The notes beneath the pieces were generated by a model that saw only the letters and a list, made by a program, of their open reading frames with translations, made no database searches and had not been told where the DNA came from. The position numbers and the translations under genes were made by a program. From the NCBI GenBank assembly GCA_046073945.1, contig JBJTNH010000100.1:4569-68568 (forward strand): DNA of 64,000 nt, given 5' to 3'. This DNA comes from Aquirufa sp. (GTDB taxonomy: Bacteria > Bacteroidota > Bacteroidia > Cytophagales > Spirosomataceae). Position 1 is the first letter of the stretch, and each line of letters opens with the position of its first letter. Shown here piece by piece: positions 19,844 through 29,926 of the stretch.

Positions 19844-21091
19844 ATGCAAAATAAATTAATATTCCTATTTTGGATGGTTTCCATCAAGGCTTTTGCTTTG
19901 GGAGATACCTTATCTATTTCTATTTCTCAGGCCGATAAATTATTTATATCGTCCAATTATCAATTATTGGCTGCGAACTTAAACATCAATGCACAAAAAG
20001 CACAGGAACTTCAGGCTAAACTGTATCCAAACCCTGTTCTTACTGCAGACTTTAATGCCATTGATCCTGAAAACAACAAGATTTTTCATTTAGGAAATAG
20101 TGGCCAGCAAAGTGTTCAAATTGAGCAATTGATTTTACTTGGAGGCAAAAGAAAAGCTCAAATTGATTTAGCCAAAACCAATACTCAAATGGCGGAATTG
20201 GCGTTTGCTGATTTATTGCGTCAGTTGAAATTTCAATTACATGCAGGTTTGTATTTATTAAGTCAAAAGGAATTATTGATCAAAAAGTACGATAACCAAT
20301 TGGCACAATTGGATCAAATCATGTCGTCATTTGAAACGCAGGTACAAAAAGGCAATATTCCTTTAAAGGATATGGTTCGTTTAAAAGGCGTATACTTAAA
20401 TTTAAACAATGATCGAGCAGCTTTATTTTCTGATTATTTCGAGGAACTTTCCAAGCTGCAAATATTACTACAAACCAAATCCATCATAAAGCCAAATATC
20501 AGCGAATCTGATTTTGCAAAGTTCATCATTCCACTAAAATTGGATGAATTAATCAATAAATCTTTAGACAACAGACCCGATTATTTGATGGCAAAAAAAG
20601 ATATCGAATTTGGTGAACTTTATCTTTCCTATCAACAAAAATTAGCAAAGCCAGACATTACCCTATTTTCTTCATATGACCAACGTGGCGGAGCTTTTCA
20701 AAAACAAGTAAATATTGGTTTTGCAATCCCGTTGATGTTTTGGAATAAAAACCAAGGAAATATTAGTACAGCGAAAATACAAATAGAACAAAAAAATACG
20801 CTTCTGAAAAGTTTAAAGAATCAAATTGAGTCAGAAGTACAGAGTAACTATCTCCAATACCAACAAACGGCGAAGGAATATCAAAAAAACATCAACCTTT
20901 ACAATGATGATTTTGAAGTTACTCTGAAAGGAATGACGGAGAATTTTCAAAAGGGGAATATTGGCATCATTGAATTTGTTGATTTTTTCGAATCATATAA
21001 CAATGCTCTTTCAGAAATTTCAAGAATTAAAATTCAATTAGCAACTACCATAGAGCAAATTAAATTAAGTACAGCACAAGACAATTTTTAA
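19844..21091 (+). CDS. TolC/CzcC-family outer-membrane efflux protein
   Basis: Signal peptide, AKLYPNP, LGGKR, NRPD and WNKNQGNI. First gene of the RND operon. Confidence 0.92.
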   Translation: MQNKLIFLFWMVSIKAFALGDTLSISISQADKLFISSNYQLLAANLNINAQKAQELQAKLYPNPVLTADFNAIDPENNKIFHLGNSGQQSVQIEQLILLGGKRKAQIDLAKTNTQMAELAFADLLRQLKFQLHAGLYLLSQKELLIKKYDNQLAQLDQIMSSFETQVQKGNIPLKDMVRLKGVYLNLNNDRAALFSDYFEELSKLQILLQTKSIIKPNISESDFAKFIIPLKLDELINKSLDNRPDYLMAKKDIEFGELYLSYQQKLAKPDITLFSSYDQRGGAFQKQVNIGFAIPLMFWNKNQGNISTAKIQIEQKNTLLKSLKNQIESEVQSNYLQYQQTAKEYQKNINLYNDDFEVTLKGMTENFQKGNIGIIEFVDFFESYNNALSEISRIKIQLATTIEQIKLSTAQDNF

Positions 21092-21093
21092 GT

Positions 21094-22176
21094 ATGAAAA
21101 ATACGCTATTTATCCTATTGGGGGCATTTATCATTTTTGCTTCCTGTTCCAAAGAAAATAAAGAAGGGAGTCAAGCACTTGCTTTCCGATTAAGCGACAC
21201 GATGTTGGCCCGCTGTGAATTTTATCACGCAGATTTAGCAGATGTCAAAAATGAACTCCGATTGTTCGGAAAAATCCAAGCAGACAATAACAAACAAGCT
21301 GAAGTATTCTCTTTGGTAGGTGGTAATGTCATTAAAATCAATGTGGAACTGGGCGATTATGTCAAAAAAGGTCAAATTCTTGCTGTCATTCGAAGTGGTG
21401 AATTAGCTGGTTTTGAAAGAGACAAATTAGATGCATTGGGAAATGTTGCGGTTGCAGAAAAAAACCTGCAAGTAGCGAAAGATTTATATCGTAGTAAATT
21501 AACTTCTGAAAAAGACGTCATTGTAGCTCAAAGAGAATTGGAACAACAACAAGCAGAATTGGCCCGAATCAATGAAATTTACAGTATTTACAACATGAAA
21601 AAGGGTTCCATTTACAATTTAACTGCTTCTATGAGTGGTTTTATTGTTAAAAAAGACATTTCACCTAATGAACAAATCAGATCAGATAATTCAAACGCCT
21701 TGTTTAGTATAGCGGAAATCAATGAAGTTTGGGCTATGGCCAATGTGAATGAAAGTGATATTCCACTGATTCAAAACGGTTATGTGGCTAACGTAAGCAC
21801 TTTGAGTTATCCAGATCAAATCTACAAAGGAAAAATTGATAAAATCTTTACGACCATCGATCCAGATACCAAGGCCATGAAGGTTAGAATTAGAATTCCT
21901 AATACCGATTATAAGTTGAAGCCTGAAATGAATGCGACCATCAATGTTGAATATTCAGAACACAATAAGATGATTACAGTACCCTCTTCTGCGGTCATTT
22001 TCGATAAAAGTAAAAACTGGGTAATGATTTACAAAGATCGTTCGAATATTGAAACGCGATTGGTGGAAGTATATCGCCAATTAGGGAACGTAAGTTATAT
22101 CAGTCATGGCTTACAAAAAGGCGAAAAAGTGATTTCGAAAAACGGCATGTTGATCTACGACGCATTGAATGACTAA
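21094..22176 (+). CDS. RND periplasmic adaptor (CzcB-like lipoprotein)
   Basis: Lipobox FASC, lipoyl-like VELGDYVKKGQ, LKPEM and VPSSAV. Confidence 0.93.
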   Translation: MKNTLFILLGAFIIFASCSKENKEGSQALAFRLSDTMLARCEFYHADLADVKNELRLFGKIQADNNKQAEVFSLVGGNVIKINVELGDYVKKGQILAVIRSGELAGFERDKLDALGNVAVAEKNLQVAKDLYRSKLTSEKDVIVAQRELEQQQAELARINEIYSIYNMKKGSIYNLTASMSGFIVKKDISPNEQIRSDNSNALFSIAEINEVWAMANVNESDIPLIQNGYVANVSTLSYPDQIYKGKIDKIFTTIDPDTKAMKVRIRIPNTDYKLKPEMNATINVEYSEHNKMITVPSSAVIFDKSKNWVMIYKDRSNIETRLVEVYRQLGNVSYISHGLQKGEKVISKNGMLIYDALND

Positions 22177-23431
22177 AATGAGAGTTTTAATTTTTGCATT
22201 TCTTTTTCTGAGTTTTTGGACGATTGCTCAAACAGATTCGAGCAATCGCAGAATCAGTTTGCACTTTCAGCAAACAAGTATTTACCAATATCATTCAGCG
22301 TTTTCAGCCAAATATACGGGGGATAATAGTTTGATTCCGCAAGAAGAAGGTGCGATGTCTTTAACTTCTACTCTATTTTTTGATAGTAAACTTTGGAAAG
22401 GAGGCAATTTCACGTTTAATCCTGAAATGTCGGGAGGTAAAGGTCTTTCTCAAGCTAAAGGCTTGGGTGGATTTACCAATGGAGAAACATTTCGTATCGG
22501 GAATCCGGAACCAGTGGTGTATGTTGCAAGATTATTTTTATCACAAGTTTTTGACTTGAAAAATAATCAATCCATCAAAATTGTCATAGGCAAATTCGGA
22601 TTGGCGGACTATTTTGATTTCAATACTTATTCACATGACCCTAGAGCACATTTTATGAATTGGTCATTGATGTCGCAAGGAAGTTGGGATTATGCAGCGA
22701 ATACTCGTGGATATACTTCAGGAATATACGCACAATACATTCAACCCAAATTTGAGATTAGAGCTTCTTTTTCTGCCGTTCCGACTTCAGCCAATGGTCC
22801 AGATTTAGATTATCAATATGACATAGCCAATGGAATTAATTTAGAACTTACCAAACCTATCTCTATATCAAAAAGCGATCAAGCGGTTATTCGTTTGTTA
22901 GTTTACCGAAATCAAGCAGGGATGGGAAATTACGATCAAGCCAATCAAAATTTCAATGGCACTCCAGATATAACATCTACGAGAAAATCCTACCGAACAA
23001 AAATGGGATTTGGAATCAATGCAGAATTGACACACAAAGATATTTTTGGCGTATTTGGTAGATTTGGTTTAAATGATGGAAAAAATGAAACATGGGCCTT
23101 CACAGAAATTGATGAATCAATTTCTGCAGGAATCCATTTTTTTGGTCAAAAATGGAAACGTAAAAACGATTTTGCAGGCTTAGCAATCGTAGCAAATGGA
23201 TTATCTGCATCACACCAAAAATATCAACAATTGGGAGGAAATGGCTTTATGATTGGAGATGGCAATCTAAATTATGGTCAGGAAAGTATTTTAGAAGCTT
23301 TCTATAGCTATGCTTTAGACAATACCTCGTTTACATTTTCACCAGATTTCCAGTACATCATCAATCCTGGATACAACAAAGATCGGGGCCCTGTTTGCGT
23401 ATGGGGTATCCGCGTTCATACCGAATTTTAA
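22169..23431 (+). CDS. OprB-family (carbohydrate/Mn-type) porin
   Basis: Signal peptide, F.A.Y.G.NSL, NPE..GG.GLS, YSHDPR..FMNW, WDYAANTRGYT and YNKDRGPV..C-terminal F. Confidence 0.82.
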   Translation: MTKMRVLIFAFLFLSFWTIAQTDSSNRRISLHFQQTSIYQYHSAFSAKYTGDNSLIPQEEGAMSLTSTLFFDSKLWKGGNFTFNPEMSGGKGLSQAKGLGGFTNGETFRIGNPEPVVYVARLFLSQVFDLKNNQSIKIVIGKFGLADYFDFNTYSHDPRAHFMNWSLMSQGSWDYAANTRGYTSGIYAQYIQPKFEIRASFSAVPTSANGPDLDYQYDIANGINLELTKPISISKSDQAVIRLLVYRNQAGMGNYDQANQNFNGTPDITSTRKSYRTKMGFGINAELTHKDIFGVFGRFGLNDGKNETWAFTEIDESISAGIHFFGQKWKRKNDFAGLAIVANGLSASHQKYQQLGGNGFMIGDGNLNYGQESILEAFYSYALDNTSFTFSPDFQYIINPGYNKDRGPVCVWGIRVHTEF

Positions 23432-23442
23432 ATTAATTTATC

Positions 23443-26400
23443 ATGAATAAATTCATTAAAAACCTGTTAGCCTTTTCATTGAAAAATCGTTTTTTCACTT
23501 TTTTTTGGGTGGGCATTTTAACGATTGGAGGGGTAATTAGCTACATCAATATACCTATTGAAGCATTTCCGGATGTAACCAACACACAAATCATTGTTGT
23601 AACTGAATGGAATGGAAGAAGTGCAGAAGAGGTGGAGCGTTTTGTTACAACGCCCATTGAAATTGCCATGAATAGTGTTCAGAGAAAAACAAATGTGCGG
23701 AGCATTACCATGTTTGGATTGTCTGTGATCAAAATCATTTTTGAAGATGATGTAGAAGATTTCTTTGCTAGACAGCAAGTCAATAACCTATTAAACACGG
23801 TAAAGCTACCCGATGACGTGGAGCCTGATGTGCAACCTCCTTACGGACCGACTGGGGAAATATTTCGATATACTTTACAAAGCAAAGAAAGGGATTCCAG
23901 GGAATTATTAACGATTCAAAATTGGACCATTGATCGTCAATTAAGAGCAGTACCGGGTGTTGCGGATATCGTTGCTTTTGGAGGAAGAGAGAAGACCTAT
24001 GAAATTGCTATTGATCCAGTAAAACTACAAAAATATGATTTAACCCCTTTGGAACTCTTCACAGCCATTTCGAAATCCAATTTAAATGTTGGTGGGGATG
24101 TCATTGAAAAAAATGGCCAAGCCTTTGTGGTAAGAGGTATCGGATTAGTGAAGACCATTGAGGACATTGAAAATACTATTGTAGACAATAATAATGGGAA
24201 TCCATTATTAGTAAAAAATGTCGCATCTGTCATTATCAGCAATTTACCTCGAGTGGGACAAGTTGGATTAAACTCGAACGACGATGTGGTAGAAGGTATT
24301 GTCGTCATGCGAAAAGGAGAAAATCCTAGCGAAGTGCTGGAGAGACTCAAGACTAAAATAGAGGAATTAAACACCAAAGTATTACCGTCTGATGTCAAAA
24401 TGGTCACTTTTTATGACCGTGATAATTTAATGGCCTATTGTACCAAAACGGTTATGCACAACCTATTGGAAGGCATTATTTTGGTAACAGTAATTGTATT
24501 TGTATTCATGGCTGATTGGAGAACAACTTTGATTGTATCTATCATCATCCCTTTAGCATTATTATTTGCATTTCTTTGTTTGAAACTGAAAGGAATGTCG
24601 GCTAATTTATTATCACTCGGAGCAGTGGATTTTGGAATTATCATTGATGGAGCTGTGGTAATGGTGGAAGGCTTGTTTGTCACCCTAGATCATCGAGCAG
24701 AAAAAGTAGGCATGTCGGCATATAATAAATTAGCCAAAATGAGTTTGATTAAAAAGACAGGAACAGGACTTGGAAAAGCCATCTTTTTCTCCAAATTAAT
24801 CATCATTTCAGCCTTATTACCCATTTTTGCTTTCCAAAAGGTAGAAGGAAAAATGTTTTCTCCTTTGGCATATACACTTGGTTTTGCCCTGCTTGGTGCG
24901 TTGATTTTCACCTTAACACTAGTGCCCGTTTTAAGTTCTATTTTATTGAACAAAAATGTAAAAGAGAAACATAATTTCTTCATCGATTTTATCAATCGAA
25001 TTGTTGGAAATGCATTTAAATGGACCTTTTCTCACCAAAAGATCACCTTAACTGTTTCTATTGCCATTTTTGCTTTTTCCATTTTTTCTGCCAAATGGTT
25101 AGGCTCTGAATTTTTGCCTCCTTTGAACGAAGGTGCTTTGTGGGTAGAAGCAAAATTACCCATGAGTACATCCTTACCTGAAACGGTCAAGATGGTCAAA
25201 ACTCTTAGAAATGAATTGAGAACTTTTCCTGAAGTGAATGGCGTATTATCCCAAGTTGGCCGAAGCAATGATGGAACTGACCCAAGTGGATTTTATTATG
25301 TTCAAATGCAAGTAAACTTGAAACCCAAAGAGGAATGGAAGAGAAAGCTAAGCATCGACCAATTGGTGAATGAAATGGATCACCGCCTCAAGAATTTCCA
25401 AGGAATCAACTATAATTATTCTCAGCCTATTATTGATAATGTGGCGGAAGCGGTGACAGGTATGAATGCCTCTAATGCAGTTAAAATTTACGGAGACGAC
25501 TTAGGAAAATTAGATGAAATCGCTAACCAAGTTATTGCACAAATCAAAGATGTAGAAGGAGTCAAAGACGTAGGAATCTTGCGTAACATTGGTCAGCCAG
25601 AAGTAAGTATTTTATTAGATGAAGAAAAAATGGCCATTTACGGTGTCACGAAAGCGGATGCCCAAGCTGTCATCGAAATGGCCATTGGGGGAAAAACCGC
25701 AACTTCCAAATATGAAGGAGAAAAACGCTTTGATATTCGAATTAGGTATTCGCAAGAATTCAGAAAGAATGAAGATGACATCATGCGATTAATGATTCCT
25801 ACCATCAAAGGCACCAAAATCCCTTTGAAAGAAATTGCAAAATTGGAGAAATCAACGGGTCCTGCTTTTATTTATCGAGATAATACTAAACGATTTATTG
25901 GGGTTAAATTTTCAGTTAGAGATCGAGATTTAGGAAGTACCATTGCTGAAGCACAAACCAATGTAAAGAATAAAATTAAATTACCTGATGGTTATAGCAT
26001 CGGTTGGGCTGGTGAATTTGAGAATCAAGTTAGAGCAACCAACCGTTTATCTCAAGTGGTTCCCATCAGTTTAATTTTGATTTTTGTCTTGCTTTTTATC
26101 ATGTTTGGAAATGCCAAAGATGCAGGATATGTCTTAATCAATGTCCCTTTTGCTCTCATTGGTGGAATCTTCGCCTTGCATTTAACAGGGATGAATTTTG
26201 GAATATCGGCAGGAGTTGGCTTCATTGCACTCTTTGGAATTTGTGTCCAAAATGGTGTAATTCTAATTTCTGAAATACATCATCAATCGCTGCAAGAATC
26301 CGATTTATCCATAGCTATTTTTAATGCAGTGAAATTAAGAACAAGACCAGTGATTATGACTGCCATGATGGCTGCCATTGGCCTTTTACCAGCAGCTGTT

Positions 26401-26538
26401 AGTTCTGGAATTGGTTCTGAAAGTCAAAAGCCATTGGCCATTGTCATCATTGGGGGATTAGTTACAGCTACTTTATTTATCTTATTAGTCTTCCCTTTAA
26501 TTTACCATGCGGCTTTGAAGAAAAGACTATCTAGATAA
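23443..26538 (+). CDS. CusA/CzcA-family heavy-metal efflux RND transporter
   Basis: PIEAFPDVT, SANLLSLGAVDFGIIIDGAVVMVE (HME TM4 motif), RPVIMTA and GSESQKPLA. Confidence 0.94.
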   Translation: MNKFIKNLLAFSLKNRFFTFFWVGILTIGGVISYINIPIEAFPDVTNTQIIVVTEWNGRSAEEVERFVTTPIEIAMNSVQRKTNVRSITMFGLSVIKIIFEDDVEDFFARQQVNNLLNTVKLPDDVEPDVQPPYGPTGEIFRYTLQSKERDSRELLTIQNWTIDRQLRAVPGVADIVAFGGREKTYEIAIDPVKLQKYDLTPLELFTAISKSNLNVGGDVIEKNGQAFVVRGIGLVKTIEDIENTIVDNNNGNPLLVKNVASVIISNLPRVGQVGLNSNDDVVEGIVVMRKGENPSEVLERLKTKIEELNTKVLPSDVKMVTFYDRDNLMAYCTKTVMHNLLEGIILVTVIVFVFMADWRTTLIVSIIIPLALLFAFLCLKLKGMSANLLSLGAVDFGIIIDGAVVMVEGLFVTLDHRAEKVGMSAYNKLAKMSLIKKTGTGLGKAIFFSKLIIISALLPIFAFQKVEGKMFSPLAYTLGFALLGALIFTLTLVPVLSSILLNKNVKEKHNFFIDFINRIVGNAFKWTFSHQKITLTVSIAIFAFSIFSAKWLGSEFLPPLNEGALWVEAKLPMSTSLPETVKMVKTLRNELRTFPEVNGVLSQVGRSNDGTDPSGFYYVQMQVNLKPKEEWKRKLSIDQLVNEMDHRLKNFQGINYNYSQPIIDNVAEAVTGMNASNAVKIYGDDLGKLDEIANQVIAQIKDVEGVKDVGILRNIGQPEVSILLDEEKMAIYGVTKADAQAVIEMAIGGKTATSKYEGEKRFDIRIRYSQEFRKNEDDIMRLMIPTIKGTKIPLKEIAKLEKSTGPAFIYRDNTKRFIGVKFSVRDRDLGSTIAEAQTNVKNKIKLPDGYSIGWAGEFENQVRATNRLSQVVPISLILIFVLLFIMFGNAKDAGYVLINVPFALIGGIFALHLTGMNFGISAGVGFIALFGICVQNGVILISEIHHQSLQESDLSIAIFNAVKLRTRPVIMTAMMAAIGLLPAAVSSGIGSESQKPLAIVIIGGLVTATLFILLVFPLIYHAALKKRLSR

Positions 26539-26540
26539 AT

Positions 26541-27455
26541 TTAAGGTGCAGTAAAAACCTGGAAGGGAATCTGAATAGATTTCTCTTTCAGGTTCTTTTT
26601 TTGTATCAATTGAATGGCTAATTCCATGGCTTTTTTACCTTGATTTTCAGCATCCTGAATAATTGTTGCATCTAATTTTTTTGCTTTCACCGCTTTCATT
26701 GCATCTCCAATCCCATCCACACTCACCACGACCACTTTATCTTTCAATTTAGCATCTATCAATGCCTGCATTGCCCCTAAACCCATCTCATCATTTTGTG
26801 CAAAAACGGCATTAATTTGTGTCCCGTAAGACTGAATCCAGTTTTCCATCAATGCCATCGATTTCGCTCTATCCCATTCACCTGTTTGACTCGTTAATAA
26901 TTTCAAACCTGGATAATTTTTTAGCGCTGCCATCGCCCCTGCTTCACGGTCAATTTGTGCTGCTTGGCCCATATAGCCTTGAATCATCAATACATTTCCT
27001 TTGCCATTTAATTTTTTAGCAATAAAATCAACGGCCATTTTGGCCGATTCTTTATCATCTGATCCCACCCAAGCATCTGGAATTTCTTTGGTAGAAGAAT
27101 TAACATTGACAATTGGAATACCAGCTTTTTTCGCTTTTAAAACAGCAGGAGAAGAAGCATCAAACTCGCAGGGATTTAAAATGATGGCATCCACTTGTTG
27201 ACTAATGAAATTTTCCACTTGCTCCACTTGCTTTAAAGCCGATCTTTCAGCATCAATCACTATTAATTCCACTTGATTCGCCTCCGCATTTTTTTCTAAG
27301 GATTGTGCCACTTTTTGTATAAACTCATTTTGCATACTCAACATGGAAACACCAATCACCAACTTCTTATTTCCATCATTTTCCTTTTTCCCACAAGAGA
27401 CAATCATCAAAAGTGCAAATACAACAATGGTACTAAGTCCTACAATATTTTTCAT
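26541..27455 (-). CDS. Monosaccharide/cyclitol ABC transporter substrate-binding lipoprotein
   Basis: Start at ATG 27455 (MKNIV..LMIVSC lipobox). PBP type 1 motifs VDAIILNP, VGSDD, AQNDEMGLG and VDG. Confidence 0.88.
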   Translation of the reverse strand: MKNIVGLSTIVVFALLMIVSCGKKENDGNKKLVIGVSMLSMQNEFIQKVAQSLEKNAEANQVELIVIDAERSALKQVEQVENFISQQVDAIILNPCEFDASSPAVLKAKKAGIPIVNVNSSTKEIPDAWVGSDDKESAKMAVDFIAKKLNGKGNVLMIQGYMGQAAQIDREAGAMAALKNYPGLKLLTSQTGEWDRAKSMALMENWIQSYGTQINAVFAQNDEMGLGAMQALIDAKLKDKVVVVSVDGIGDAMKAVKAKKLDATIIQDAENQGKKAMELAIQLIQKKNLKEKSIQIPFQVFTAP

Positions 27456-27459
27456 AATC

Positions 27460-28413
27460 CTATTTTTTAATATTTTGATAAAAGCGATCAATTACAACCG
27501 CTAAAATAATAATTCCTCCCATCACAACCTGTTGCCAATAGGCAGATACATTCATTAAATCTAAGCCATTATTAATTACACCAATAAATAAAACACCCAA
27601 AAGCGTTCCAATGATACTTCCTTTTCCACCTCTTGTACTTGTACCTCCGATGATAACCGCCGCAATAGCATCTAATTCAAAACCCAAACCCGCGTTTGGT
27701 TGACCGGTATTGATACGCGCTGATAACAATATTCCACCGATAGCAGCAAAAATACCACTTAAAACATACACCCAGCACTTAATCCGATTAACTGGAATTC
27801 CAGAAACAAATGAAGCTGTTTCATTTCCTCCGATGGCTTTGACATAACGGCCAAATACGGTTTTATTCAATAAAATTGCACAAAACACAAAAGTGATTAG
27901 CAGAAAAATAATCGGTATGGGGATACCTATAAAATCGCCATTACCGATAAAATTAAATGACTCAGATAAATCAGAAACTGGGCGCCCATCACTGATGATT
28001 AATGCCAAACCTCTAGCAATTGTCATACTACCTAAAGTAACAATGAACGGCGGAACTTTAGACAAAACAATGATCCAGCCATTGATTGCACCCATCAAAG
28101 CACCGACCAATAATGCTAATGGTAAAGCAATCCACACATTTCCATCTTCCGACTTGGAATACATAGCAGCAACAACCCCAGCAACGGCCAACATAGAGCC
28201 CAATGACAAATCAATCCCACCAGAAATAATCACAAAAGTGACACCAAAAGCCAAAATGGCATTTACGGATACTTGGTTAAAGATGACCATTAAATTGGTT
28301 TCTGTCAAAAAACGAGAAGTTTGGGTACTAATCAAAAAACAGATGACCAATAAGGCAATAAAAATTCCGCCTGATTGACTTTTTAAAATTCCCTCTTTTA
28401 TTTTTTTTATCAT
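27460..28413 (-). CDS. Sugar ABC transporter permease (RbsC type)
   Basis: Motifs GGIDLS, PPFIVTLG, AIGGNE and FELDAIAAVIIGGTS. Confidence 0.94.
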   Translation of the reverse strand: MIKKIKEGILKSQSGGIFIALLVICFLISTQTSRFLTETNLMVIFNQVSVNAILAFGVTFVIISGGIDLSLGSMLAVAGVVAAMYSKSEDGNVWIALPLALLVGALMGAINGWIIVLSKVPPFIVTLGSMTIARGLALIISDGRPVSDLSESFNFIGNGDFIGIPIPIIFLLITFVFCAILLNKTVFGRYVKAIGGNETASFVSGIPVNRIKCWVYVLSGIFAAIGGILLSARINTGQPNAGLGFELDAIAAVIIGGTSTRGGKGSIIGTLLGVLFIGVINNGLDLMNVSAYWQQVVMGGIIILAVVIDRFYQNIKK

Positions 28414-28416
28414 CGC

Positions 28417-29916
28417 TTATAACATTGCATTTTTCATAATTTCATCCGCTTGGATTTGATCTTTCGACAAAATAGCCGTTTGTTTTCCTTTTGAAATAAC
28501 CAAAACTCGATCACTCAGGTGCATCAATTCAGGTAGATCAGATGAGATCAAAATAATGGATTTACCTTCGGAAACCATTTGATTCATCAAGGTATAAATT
28601 TCAAATTTCGCTTGAACGTCAATTCCCCGAGTCGGTTCATCCAAAATTAATAGGTTGGGAGATTGCTGTAAAATTTTGGCAAAAACAACTTTTTGTTGAT
28701 TGCCTCCACTTAAATTTTCTACTTTTTGATGTTCGCTTAAATGTTTAATTTTCAGCTTACTAATATGTTTTGACGCAATTTCCTGCTCTAAATCAAGCGG
28801 TAGAAAACCCAATTTTTGCAAATCTGACAAAACAGATAAAGTAATATTTTCTCGAATCGAAAATTCAGGAATAAAACCCATCGCTTTTCGATCTTCACTG
28901 ACGTAAGCAATTCCAGCATCAATGGCATCTTTGGGCTTATTAAATTCTACATGTTGACCATTCAACACCATCTCCCCTTCGTCCTTTTTCAACAAACCAC
29001 TGATCGCCATTCCGATTTCCGTTCTTCCAGCTCCCACCAAACCTCCAATACCCACAATTTCCCCCGCATGTAAATCAAAATTAATTTGCTCAAATTTCCC
29101 TTGACAGGTCAAATTTTTGATTTCCAAAACCTTCTCTCCGATTTGCACTTGTCTGCTTGGAAAAAATTGATTCATTTCTCTCCCCACCATTTGAAACACA
29201 ATTTCTTGTTCGTTCGTTTGTATTTTCAAATTACTCGCAATCAAATTACCATCTCGCAATACCGTTATTCGATCCGCAAAATTGAATATTTCTTCCATTT
29301 TGTGGGAAGTAAATAAAATACTTACCCCCTCCTTTTTTAATTTTTGAATCAAATTTTGAAATAAAACCACTTCCTTTTCACTCAAAGAAGAAGTAGGCTC
29401 ATCCATTAAAATCAATTTCGCTTTTTGGGAAATAGCTCTTAAAATTTCCACTAATTGCTGGTCTGCAATGGATAAATTTTTGACCTTTTCAGCTGGATTT
29501 AAATGAATCTGACATTCGTTTAAAAGAAGATTGACTTTTTCGCGCAAATGTTTTTTTTGTTCCCAAGGGAAAAAACCTAATTCCTTTTCTCTACCTAAGT
29601 AGATATTCTCTTCCACACTGAGCTCAGGCACAAGCATGATTTCCTGGTGTATCATGGAAATTCCTGATTCCATGATTTGGCGCAGATTTTTATTCGCTCT
29701 TTTTTGTCCAAAAAAAATCATCTCTCCTTTATCTGGAGAGATGATTCCTAAAATAATTTTCATCAAGGTTGATTTCCCAGCTCCATTTTCACCGACTAGC
29801 GCATGAATTTCACCCGGAAATAAACTTAAATCTATTTTTTGAAGCACATTAATCCCTGAAAAGCCAACTGAAACGCTTTTTAACTCAAGAATAGGTTTGT
29901 CTTCTTTTTCTTTCAT
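28417..29916 (-). CDS. Sugar ABC transporter ATP-binding protein (RbsA type, tandem NBD)
   Basis: Motifs GENGAGKST, MDEPT, GLVGAGRTE, LSGGNQQK and LDEPTRGID. Confidence 0.95.
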   Translation of the reverse strand: MKEKEDKPILELKSVSVGFSGINVLQKIDLSLFPGEIHALVGENGAGKSTLMKIILGIISPDKGEMIFFGQKRANKNLRQIMESGISMIHQEIMLVPELSVEENIYLGREKELGFFPWEQKKHLREKVNLLLNECQIHLNPAEKVKNLSIADQQLVEILRAISQKAKLILMDEPTSSLSEKEVVLFQNLIQKLKKEGVSILFTSHKMEEIFNFADRITVLRDGNLIASNLKIQTNEQEIVFQMVGREMNQFFPSRQVQIGEKVLEIKNLTCQGKFEQINFDLHAGEIVGIGGLVGAGRTEIGMAISGLLKKDEGEMVLNGQHVEFNKPKDAIDAGIAYVSEDRKAMGFIPEFSIRENITLSVLSDLQKLGFLPLDLEQEIASKHISKLKIKHLSEHQKVENLSGGNQQKVVFAKILQQSPNLLILDEPTRGIDVQAKFEIYTLMNQMVSEGKSIILISSDLPELMHLSDRVLVISKGKQTAILSKDQIQADEIMKNAML

Positions 29917-29926
29917 TCACCCATTT

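Noticed and set aside
27893-28378. Long antisense ORFs (for example 27893-28378, 44480-44998, 48310-48798, 55540-56049, 23997-24407)
   Set aside because: They lie fully opposite well-supported genes and have no recognisable motifs, so they are treated as shadow ORFs.
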